In this document: one piece after another, positions 53,380 to 64,000 of the stretch | How the letters are laid out: each line of letters opens with the position of its first letter | Numbering within the stretch: the stretch's first letter is position 1 | Origin: Octopus vulgaris | Taxonomy: Eukaryota | Direction of reading: 5' to 3' | Length of the DNA: 64,000 nt | NCBI GenBank assembly: GCA_951406725.2 | Contig: OX597814.1 | Coordinates: forward strand, 124,434,001-124,498,000 | Made by a program: the position numbers and the translations under genes | The notes under the pieces: generated by a model | Database searches by the model: none | The model's input: only the letters and a program-made list of their open reading frames with translations | Told to the model about the DNA's origin: nothing

Positions 53380-54045
53380 CTCTCCTAGAAATTGAAAACA
53401 AGATCAAACTCTTTCACGAAAGGGAAACAGCAGAGCCGAGTAGAGAGAGAGAGAGGGGGCAGACAGACAGACAGAGAGGGGAGAGAAGAGAGATGTTGAA
53501 AGCATAAAAACAAATCCCAAAGCTTTCTATAAATTCGCAAAGGAAACAGCCACAATACAACATAAAATAGGACCTTTGTTCCAAGGGAATGACTCACTGA
53601 TAGCAGACCCAGGAAGGATAAGTGAGATATTCAGTGAACAATTCAAAAGTGTCCTCACTTCCCTCCTTGGACACATGCAGATAAAAAATCCGGCCGAATT
53701 CTTTGATATTGCAGCACTGAAAAAGGAGACACCAGCCATCGATTACATCAACATTGAGGATGAAATGAGCTCATGCTCTGCTACTCGTCCTGATGGCTTC
53801 CCAGCTATTCTCCTAAAGTCATGTAAGCAGGCTTTAGCGAAACCACTCCAGATACTTTTCCAAAGCTTCCTTGCTAGTGATATTCTTCCTAAAAAGCTGA
53901 AAGGTGGAAGCAGAGCAGAGGCCCAAAACTATAGGCCTATTTCGCTGGTGCGAATCATCAGAAAGAAGTTGATAATATTCCTAGAAGAAAACGACCTACT
54001 GAACAATACAACAATACACAGCATGGCTTCCGTTCAGGAAGACCA
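53380..54045 (+). mobile_element. CR1/L2-like LINE fragment (region upstream of RT)
   Basis: IKTNPKAFYKFAK, IGPL, FSEQFKSV, PDGFPAILLKSC...LAKPL..LF, NYRPISL. Confidence 0.75.
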
Positions 54046-54103
54046 TGAGGGTATCCCAGCATGACAACGGCCGTATGACTGAAACGAGTAAAAGGGTAAA
54101 AAA

Positions 54104-54435
<332 letters not shown>

Positions 54436-54436
54436 C

Positions 54437-54526
<90 letters not shown>

Positions 54527-54535
54527 TGTGTGTGT

Positions 54536-54838
54536 GGAGGCGTAATGGCCCAGTGGTTAGGGCAGCGGACTCGCGGTCGGAGGATCGCAGTTTCGATTCC
54601 CAGACCGGGCGTTGTATGTGTTTATTGAGCGAAAACACCTAAAAAGCTCCACGAGGCTCCGGCAGGGGGTGGTAATCCCTGCTGTACTCTTTCACCACTC
54701 TTTCTCCCACTTTCTTCTGTTGGCCTGCTCGCTTAGCCAGTGGGGTGGCGTCGTTCGAAAGCTAAAACAATGCGAACGCATTGTGACCAGCGATGTGTAG
54801 CAACATCTGATGGTCTGGTCAGTCACGTGATCACGTGA
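54536..54838 (+). mobile_element. tRNA-derived SINE (third family)
   Basis: A box TGGCCCAGTGGTTAG, B box GTTTCGATTCC, followed by a non-tRNA body. Confidence 0.7.
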
Positions 54839-55332
54839 TATATGTATATATATGTACATGAATACATATCTATACGCACATATATACATCCATCACTCCC
54901 TCCCTCCCTCCACCCACCCATCAATCAATACATACATACATGTCTATGTGTTGACAATTTTTCGAGATCTTATTATCTATCATTAAGCAAAGCATGCCAT
55001 AGGTGAATGAGACAAAACGATACTAATTATTTACACCTGAGAAATAACTCATCTTAACAAAAAGATAACCAAAAACAGAGAAATAATACGAAAGGGTTGT
55101 CACATTAAAGATAAAGCAACTGATTGGTTGATAGGATGTAAACAATTACATCTGCCAAAAGCTGAAGATCAGCCGGAGGTTTTCTGTCAGCCGAAATTTT
55201 ACAATTTGTTCTATCGGAATCGAATTAAAAAGCCATCTGTGTGGAAAATATTCCTCTGATTGTCCTTGAACAGTAGTCAACTCGCATAATAATAATAATA
55301 ATGATAAATAATAATAATAATGATAATAATTT

Positions 55333-55391
<59 letters not shown>

Positions 55392-55448
55392 TTATAATAA
55401 TAATAATAATAATAATAATTTATAATAATAATAATAATAATAATAATT

Positions 55449-55597
<149 letters not shown>

Positions 55598-55603
55598 TAA
55601 TAA

Positions 55604-55940
55604 TACTAAAAGAAATGGAGACACTTTCAAAATACAAAGACCTGGAAATATAGGTAACTCGAATGTGGAATCTAAAAACAGAAACAATTCCTATCATAGT
55701 AGGCGCATTAGGTATGATAAAAAAAATATTCAGACAAATACATAACAAAAACACCAGGACTTACAAATATATATAACATACAGAAAATTGCACTATTGGG
55801 TATTGCACGCATGCTACGCAAACACTTTCAATACAGTAACCATAAGAGCATCACAGCAAACCTCGGCACATACCCAAGGCACACAGAGCTGCGCTCGGTA
55901 GTGAAGTGAAAGCACGCTATAAAAATAAAACTACTGAATA
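55604..55940 (+). mobile_element. R4/Dong-like (RLE-type) LINE 3' fragment inserted in (AAT)n
   Basis: LSKYKDLEI*VTRMWNLKTETIPIIVGALG...IQKIALLG; (TAA)n on both sides. Confidence 0.8.
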
Positions 55941-56010
55941 ATAATAAGAATAATCTCCTAATATAATTATGAGCGTAGTGTTTTTATGTATTTTGTTTGT
56001 GTGTGTGTGT

Positions 56011-56045
<35 letters not shown>

Positions 56046-56317
56046 ATATATATGTATATATGTATATATTCGTCCAAAATCACGTAGTAGGAGGAGTAGG
56101 AGAAAGAGTAGTATAAGTGAAGGAAGAGAAGAGAAAATTGTAATTCAGTAAAGGAGAAGTAGTTAGAGTAATAGTTAGAGTAATAAGGGGAGTGAGAGAA
56201 AGTAATAGCAATGAGAAAGAGAAAGTGACAAAGAGAACGTCGTGTATCTTCTATAATAATACTCTTCTGTTTTTCTCCGTCACAACATATGAATGAGAAA
56301 GGATAGCTGAATAAGCA

Positions 56318-56530
56318 AAAAAATCAAACAACCTTTCAACTCTGTGTGAATATATGTGTGTGTATGTAAAAGGGAGGTATGTGAATGTTTGTGTATGTGT
56401 GTACAATGGAAGTGGGATGGTGAACAGTCAACGCTGAAAAGAAAAATCAAACGGCGTTTCAACTCTGCGTGAATATATGTATGTATGTGTGTGCGTGGTA
56501 AAGGGGAGTATGTGAATGTTAGTATGTGTG
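56318..56530. repeat. Diverged tandem duplication (~124-bp period)
   Basis: AAAAATCAAAC...TTTCAACTCTG.GTGAATATATGT...GTATGTGAATGTT occurs twice. Confidence 0.7.
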
Positions 56531-56774
56531 AAGAACCAGTGTTCTTTCAGTAACAAACGTTGATCGATGTCACATCTCAAAAGACAACCACTAGATAACA
56601 TTGACAAGTGTATTAATTTGATTTACCATCTATGTTCTATAAAAAATAATAATTACAATCACACATACCTAGACATACATATAGATATACAAACTCATTA
56701 GAGAAAATAATTATTGCCAGAGTTTATCAAGAATATAAAACGACTGCAGTTGAAAAGTATATAATAAATTGTTG

Positions 56775-57260
56775 AAATTTACAGAAAAATAAAAGACTAA
56801 GACATGTGTATAAACTACAAACAGGTGTATTAGTTTAATGCTTGGGAAGGTGAGAAAGTCTTATTATGTTTCGAGCCTACGCTCTTCAACGGAAGGGAAC
56901 ACGATGAAATAAACAGAGAGTGAATAAAAGAGCTTTTGGAGTTAGCGGTCAATCACGGCAGCTGACTGGACAGATGTAGTTAGACAGGAGAGTTAGGAAA
57001 AGGGGAGATAATAAAGTATTGATGATCCCAAAACGATGTTGCGCGTGCGTATGTATGTGAGAGTGTGCAGTGTGTGTGTGTGGAAAGGGCTGGTGACTTT
57101 GACGTGTGGATGTGTAAGTGTGTAAGTGTGTGCGTCTGTAATGTGTGGGTGTGTGGAAGATGGTGTGGGTGCTGGGAAGTGGTCAGTGCTAGTGTGTGCG
57201 GGGTGGTGTGAAGTTGTGTGATGGTGTGTGGTGTGGCATGATGTGCAGTGGTGGCGTGTG
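56775..57260 (-). mobile_element. Longer family A copy with degenerate HHR motif (56858-56897) and upstream CA-rich region
   Basis: Minus strand CCCTTCCGTTGAAGAGCGTAGGCTCGAAACATAATAAGAC. Confidence 0.6.
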
Positions 57261-57768
57261 TATTTATATATTATAAATACACATTTAACAGTTCATACAT
57301 GTGCTTAATTTATTTATATTAAGAAATTTATGAAATAAATTTTGAATAGGAAGTTTTTACATCAACTAAACGTCACGGACTGCTTTTTGTGGCTTTAAGT
57401 CATATGAGTTTAGGTTGGTTTCAGTAATGGAGATCGCAATTGAAAGGAAATGTCGCTTCGAAAATGTTGGTATTTACCAGCTCTCATATGTAGTCACGGC
57501 CAGCTTTATGTGGCGTTAAGTCGTACAAGAAGGAAAGAAAACCTGAAAATTCTTTTGAAAGAAACAGCAGTCAAAGAATATTAATTGCGGATAGATTTTT
57601 CACAAAAAATTTGGTAATAAAAGAATTATTTAACTAAAAACTTGTTTTTTTTACCTTATTCATATATAAAATACTACAAGTAGCCGTCATTTTTGACTGC
57701 ACGGGGTCAGCTAGTAGTAGTAGTAGTAGCAGCTGTTGTTGTAGTAGTAGTAGTACTAGTAGTAGTAT

Positions 57769-57828
<60 letters not shown>

Positions 57829-57944
57829 TTATATTTAGGAATGGTCATGTTGCCAGTTTAGCCAATAAAAACACACGTACTATGCATTTGGTGCTAATTT
57901 GCTTCAGCTTTATTTATTTTTTACATTAATCTTAATCTTATTTC

Positions 57945-57989
57945 GGCCAGAGTTCTTTCGTCACACTTCTGTGCCCTCATCAGTGGTCC
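57945..57989 (-). ncRNA. Hammerhead-like motif within a further repeat family (~57830-58330)
   Basis: Minus strand GGACCA-CTGATGA-G-GGCAC-AGAAGT-GTGAC-GAAAG-AA-CTC-TGGCC. Confidence 0.55.
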
Positions 57990-58919
57990 TTTGCTTTCTT
58001 CTTTCTTATTTGTGTGTCTTTCCTTACTAACGATAAGCCATTTTGTATTCTTATTGTACGTCTTTATTTGCGCATGCGTATACCCCTATGTGTGTCCATG
58101 TTAAGTTAGTGTGTATGTGTGGGAAGAGAGTGCCTGTAATATTTGTATCTCCTGTTTATACACGTTCGTGTAATCTGTTTTTGTTTATTTTGTTCATGTG
58201 TTTATACTTACTCATTATTATTTTTTTGTATTTAATTAAATTAATTTAAAAAAACTTTGTTAATGTATATAGTTATTTAATTCCATTTGTTTATCTGTAT
58301 GTTATTATGTTTTTTGTTTTGTTTATATTGTATGTATGTATGTATGTATGTACCCACACGTGTCTACGAGCATAGGTTTACCATGATCTATACACACGCT
58401 GACGAGGGTCGATTCATATGAAAAAGAAAGTGAACAAAATGAAATACTTATAGAAAATATTGCATAGCAGCGTCTTTCAATTATGGCAGGCGAATCAAAC
58501 GCATTGTAGTTCGTTGTAGGATATAAATAATATGACCACTTGCTTTTCAGAAACTTTGTAAGTTCGGCTTTTTTAAAATATTTTTCTTAAGTATCACCAT
58601 TATAGGTATTTATACTCCGGTGTTATTCAGAAATCAACTCGTAAATAAACGAAACCCACGAATTCATCACAGTACACACACACACACACACAATCACAAG
58701 TACGCACAGTCGCATATCTATGTATGTATTTACGTATGATTGAAGATAATCGAACCAGATTTTCGTCATTTCGAGCCAATCACCCAATGAGTATTTCTGC
58801 TAAATTTGGTAAAAATCCTTACAGCCGTTTTCCAGTAATTTTGAAAACACACAGACAAGCAGACTAAGACGAGCGATTACAATAGCCTGCTTTCGCTGAC
58901 GCGCGCAGAGTGATAATAA

Positions 58920-59272
58920 CGTGGCAAAATACAAATTACTAAAAGACCAAATCGCAAGGATCTGGGCACTGAGACGAGTAACTGTTATCCTAGTAGTTGT
59001 AGGGGCACTCGGAGCACTAACAACCAAGTTCGAAAAATATGTCAGAGAAATAGGAATTGACATTATGGTAGAGTAGGCCCCCAAAACTGCACTGTTAGGG
59101 ACAGCTAGAACTTGGAGATTGTTGCGTGGATGTAGAGTATCTTCCACGATAGTTGATGTCCAAGTAGCAAGTCTTATAACTTACAGAAAGAGACTCTGTG
59201 GGACCTCTGACAACAGGTTGCTGTCCGCTCTCATACAATCAACCAGATTAAATAAGACCGGGAGCTCTGAGA
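58920..59272 (+). mobile_element. Second R4/Dong-like LINE 3' fragment
   Basis: KYKLLKDQIARIWALRRVTVILVVVGALGALTTKF...KTALLGTAR, followed by (TAG)n(TAA)n. Confidence 0.7.
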
Positions 59273-59273
59273 T

Positions 59274-59312
<39 letters not shown>

Positions 59313-59321
59313 ATAATAATG

Positions 59322-59370
<49 letters not shown>

Positions 59371-59414
59371 TAATAATAACAATAATAATAATAATAATAA
59401 TAATGATAATAATG

Positions 59415-59445
<31 letters not shown>

Positions 59446-59486
59446 TAATAATGATAATAATAATAATAATAATTATAATAATGATG

Positions 59487-59550
<64 letters not shown>

Positions 59551-59558
59551 TGATGATG

Positions 59559-59599
<41 letters not shown>

Positions 59600-60141
59600 T
59601 GCCCTGATGCAGTACCAGGCAGTGGCTCTTGTGGCTTCTGATCTTAACTGATTGGAAGTGTTATCATGTACATTATTTTGTCTTGGTATAAAAGATGGGC
59701 TACAGCAAATATTCTGCTCAATACCACAGATTTGCATGTCAGTTATTTGACCTTAACCAGCTGAGCATGTCCCTTAGTGGCTGATGATATGTGCATTTCT
59801 GATCACAAGCAGAAGTATTGGGGGAGCATCATAGCCATGTATTGAGAGGGATTCTTTGGGGGTTTGAAACATGGGTGGTTCGTTCAACATCCTTAAACAA
59901 CCCTTATTCAGGGACCTTTTGAGCGGGATGAGTTACTCGACCAGAAGAAAATTCTAACTGGGCCCCACCTGCAAGGTCATGTGCTGTTTATCTTGATATG
60001 AGATCACCATTTCGCGCACATATGGTTGTGATGCATGTGCCTAGTTTACCCTTATTAGACGGGTAGTCATGATGGGTATACTGGGCTTCGTATATTTTAC
60101 CCCAGTATCACTTTGATGGCATGCACTGCTCTCTCACTCAA
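59600..60141 (-). mobile_element. Probable SINE-like dispersed repeat bounded by (AAT)n
   Basis: Block of higher GC cleanly bounded by AAT repeats; single copy in this window, so the family is not confirmed. Confidence 0.35.
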
Positions 60142-60532
60142 TAATAATAATAAATATTTTTGGCACAAGCCAGATTTTTTAGGAGAAGGGGTAAGTGGAT
60201 ATCATCGATCCCAGTGTTCGACTGGTACTTATGTTACCAATGCCGACAAATGAAAGACAAACGCGACCTCGGCGGTATTTGAACTCAGACTGTAAAGAGT
60301 CGGAAGAAACGTCGCTAAACTGTTTTGAATTTTGGTTCCAGGCCATCAGTTGTGAGGCTGGAAATGAACTGAGAACGCAAAGAGAAGGAAAAAAAGTTTT
60401 AGCGCTCTGATGATTCTGTTAATCTAACACCGGACCGATCCTGTCATAATAATAACTAATAATGAACATTAACAGGAGCCGCAGAAATACACGTTTTATA
60501 AATGCTTTTATTCCTGTATACATATATATGTG

Positions 60533-60590
<58 letters not shown>

Positions 60591-60714
60591 CATATATATA
60601 TGTATAGTAATATATTATTGTATAGTTTTTGTATATATATATATTACAATGATATTATATTGATATAATAATTAATATATAGGAATATATATATATATAG
60701 TAGTATAATATTAT

Positions 60715-60769
<55 letters not shown>

Positions 60770-60801
60770 CATAGTATAGTGTATACACAAAAAAATATAT
60801 A

Positions 60802-61000
<199 letters not shown>

Positions 61001-61020
61001 ATATATATACATATATATAT

Positions 61021-61069
<49 letters not shown>

Positions 61070-61087
61070 TTATTGATCTTCTTAATA

Positions 61088-61140
<53 letters not shown>

Positions 61141-61256
61141 TTATTGATTTCTTAACACTATCATTACGTTAAATATTTCTACAATATCTTCGATTTGGTC
61201 TCATTGTTAAGATTGCTAAAAAGACGCAACACTTGAAGACATATCGTAACAAACTG

Positions 61257-61482
61257 AATAATTACTATAGATTCGTCTTGACGTATTTTGCGTAATCTTT
61301 AGTTTGTTCATAATATTACTTTGTTTGTAATACAATTTCTAGAAATACTGCCGCATCTCCAATCACATATAGCACGCAGAATAATTATTATAGATTCGTT
61401 TTGACGTATATTGACTAATCTTTACTTGGCTGATAATATCATTTTGCTTGTTATGCAATTTCTAGAAACAGAACCGCATTTC
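61257..61482. repeat. Diverged tandem duplication (~123-bp period)
   Basis: AATAATTA.TATAGATTCGT.TTGACGTAT...CAATTTCTAGAAA occurs twice. Confidence 0.75.
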
Positions 61483-61549
61483 CCTCCAGCCGCACCCTTC
61501 TATCTTTAAATAGCGATGGATACACTGGATATTATCACTAATATTTGTT

Positions 61550-61972
61550 TCAAATTTTCAGACAAAGCCAGCAATTTCGAGTGAGGCGTGGCATGTCGAT
61601 TACACCAACTCCAACACCCCTACTTATTTTATCGACTCCGAAAAGATGAAAGGCAAAGTCGACCACGGCGAAATTTGAACGCAGAACGTAAAGACGGACA
61701 AAATGCCGCTAAACATTTTGTCTAGCGCGGTCAGCTCGCTGTCTTTATTATCCCTCATAGTGGTTTCAAATTTTGGCACATGGCCAGCAATTTCGGGGAA
61801 GGGGTAAGTCGATTACATTGACCCCAGTTCTCAACAGTTACTTATTTTACCGACTTTGAAAGGATGAAAGGCAAAGTCAACCTCAGCGGAATTTGAACTC
61901 AGAACGTAAAGACAGACGAAATTCCGCTAAGCATTTTGTCCAGCTAACGATTCTGCCAGCCAGTCACCTTCT
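61550..61972 (-). mobile_element. Two adjacent copies of the Meta-like SINE
   Basis: GATGAAAGGCAAAGTC.ACC.C.GCG.AATTTGAAC.CAGAACGTAAAGAC occurs twice; another copy at 60155-60320. Confidence 0.8.
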
Positions 61973-62649
61973 TTATTACCCATAATATCAAATGAAAGAC
62001 GAGTTGGTTATGTTGTAAAATCTCTACTGCAAAATTTAGCAGAATAGAAACCATAAAAAAATTTGTTTTACGGTTTACTTAGGAGTAAAAGGGGATGCAC
62101 CCATGACTTTAACTGGGTGGGTAATTCTCCAAAGCCGAGGCTCTGTTTTGGAAAGAGAGTAGTTAGAAAAGAAATTGCGAGGGCTGATTGAATGAGACAG
62201 TATAGATGTAAAGAGGAAGAAAAGTGAATGCTTAGGAAGGTAAGGGTGGATGAGAAATGTAACGAGCTAGTTCAGAAAAGTAGGGTCACGGTAGCAGCAA
62301 TAAGATGCTCAGAGCGGGGAGAAGGTGTACCTGTGGGTTAAAGATGAAGTATATTGCTGCGTCAATTTTTACCATTTCCACTGTTTTCTTTTGGGTGCAG
62401 TCTACGATGTCAATATATGTAGCAGCAACAGCACAGTTTCAGATGTGAGAGAATAGGGTTCGTACTCGAGCGCTGAGGTTCTCACTATTCGAAACTCAAC
62501 CTAAAGTATTTTTGTGCATATTTTTGATAAACAAATTTTTACTGCGTTATGTGTATATCAACCAAAAGGTTCATCTTTGAATGTTTTAGTGTAGCCTAGG
62601 GCAAAAGAAAGTGAGACACAAGATTTTTTGTTGATATACATATATAATA

Positions 62650-63051
62650 ATCCTTTCTACTAAAGGCACAATGCCTGAAGTTTTTTCGGCAGGGGACTAT
62701 TCGATTACATCGACGCTAGTGTGTCACTGGTACTTAATTTATCAATCCCCATAAGGATGAAAGGCAAAGTCGACCTCGGCGGAATTTGAACTCAGAACGT
62801 GACGACAGACGAAATACTAATTTCTTTACTGCCCAGATGGGGCTACACACAGAGGGGGCAAACAAGGACAGACAAACGGATTAAGTCGATTATATCGACA
62901 CCAGTACGTAACTGGTACTTAATTTATCGACCCCGAAAGGATGAAACGCAAAGTCGACCTCGGCGGAATTTGAACTCAGAACGTAACGGCAGACGAAATA
63001 CGGCTACGCATTTCGCCCGGCATGCTAACGTTTCTGCCAGCTCGCCGCCTT
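62650..63051 (-). mobile_element. Nested or tandem Meta-like SINE copies
   Basis: Two cores at ~62750 and ~62935; 5' end AAGGCGGCGAGC at 63051. Confidence 0.8.
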
Positions 63052-63054
63052 TAC

Positions 63055-63124
<70 letters not shown>

Positions 63125-63127
63125 CTA

Positions 63128-63188
<61 letters not shown>

Positions 63189-63796
63189 AATAATAATAAT
63201 AATATCGGTAGTTTTATTTTGTGCAGTTGGTGACAGAATTGGTACATCCGTACTTTCGAATGCTTTCGAGGTATCTCTTTATGGTGGAAATGAAGGTTTG
63301 ACGCGATATCTTGGCTGCTTGTTGTTTGCGGCAGTGGCTGCAAGGTTATAAAAGAGAGAAGAGTGGTGTCGTATATACTGAGATGAGCTTTGTTAGGGAT
63401 GATAACAAGTAAATCACTAATGCACAGGGAAAAGACAGTCGGGGATATATAAGTAACCTTAGTGTACAGCAAAATTGAAAACTTGTGATCGTACGAATTC
63501 ACAAACAGTTTCTGATCATGAGATAAATGATGGCTGGGGCCAGTAGGCAAACAGCGTATCCAGAAAATCCCAGTATCAGATATTGTCTAATGCTTTACTG
63601 ATGTCAATTATATATGTAGGGCTGTTACATTGTATATGGATGTATGGTGGTTAGTCTCGATTAGATAGGAGTCTGATGATGGCGTAGCGAAAGTGGCATT
63701 TGAATTGGAAGTGAGAAAAACATCAACACTGTTAAGGGAGACTGTGTGTCGATATGCGTGGGCAAAGATATTAATTGTTGCAGAATAAAGCAAATT

Positions 63797-64000
63797 AAGG
63801 CGGCGCGCTGGCAGAAACGTTAGCACGCCGGGCGAAATGCTCTGCAGGATTTCGTCTGCCGTTACGTTCTGAGTTCAAATTCTGCCGAGGTCGACTTTGC
63901 CTTTCATCCTTTCGGGGTCGATAAATTAAGTACCAGTAACGCACTGGGGTCGATATAATCGACTTAATCCGTTTGTCTGTCCTTGTTAGTCCCCTCTGTG
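63797..64000 (+). mobile_element. Meta-like SINE (runs off the window)
   Basis: AAGGCGGCGCGCTGGCAGAAACGTTAGC...GAGTTCAAATTC...GCCTTTCATCCTTTCGGGGTCGATAAATTAAGTACCAG. Confidence 0.85.

Noticed and set aside
54536-54612. Possible tRNA gene
   Set aside because: Has A and B boxes but no proper acceptor stem, and it continues into a SINE body.
58396-58430. CTGACGAGG...GAAA hammerhead-like core
   Set aside because: No pairing stems and no NUH site in place.
63200-63790. Possible CR1/Jockey RT remnant on the minus strand (ISPTVFSLCISDL...YDTTL); a similar weak remnant at 62050-62500
   Set aside because: Weak resemblance only; needs a profile search.

Overview
AT-rich, microsatellite-dense eukaryotic non-genic DNA; the SINE families and the (TA)n/(CA)n/(AAT)n load suggest an octopus genome (inference). 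I can support no host protein-coding gene, and most ORFs in the track are microsatellite translations. The window holds layered mobile elements: mariner and maT/Tc1-like DNA transposons, pogo/Tigger and hAT remnants, a Helitron, RTE, CR1-like and R4/Dong-like LINE remnants, an ORF1-only LINE with a 15-bp TSD, a Gypsy remnant and several tRNA-type SINEs. The most notable part is a cluster of Penelope-like elements (PLEs) and hammerhead ribozyme (HHR) motifs. (1) A young head-to-head inverted pair of a Neptune-type PLE (30.3-36.4 kb): its RT frame has no ATG ahead of its conserved N-terminal motifs and joins an upstream ORF at an in-frame U UUU UUA slippery site, and its 3' HHR has a compensatory U3:A8 core. 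(2) A Nematis-like PLE with a canonical HHR. (3) A non-coding tandem array of 532-534 bp monomers, each full monomer carrying a canonical type I HHR (retrozyme-like, predicted ~532-nt RNA/circRNA). (4) About nine short non-autonomous elements with minimal HHR motifs. Four of these insertions share one architecture: two element 3' ends pointing outward into (TA)n tracts. All structures were read by eye; ribozyme activity and frameshifting are predictions.
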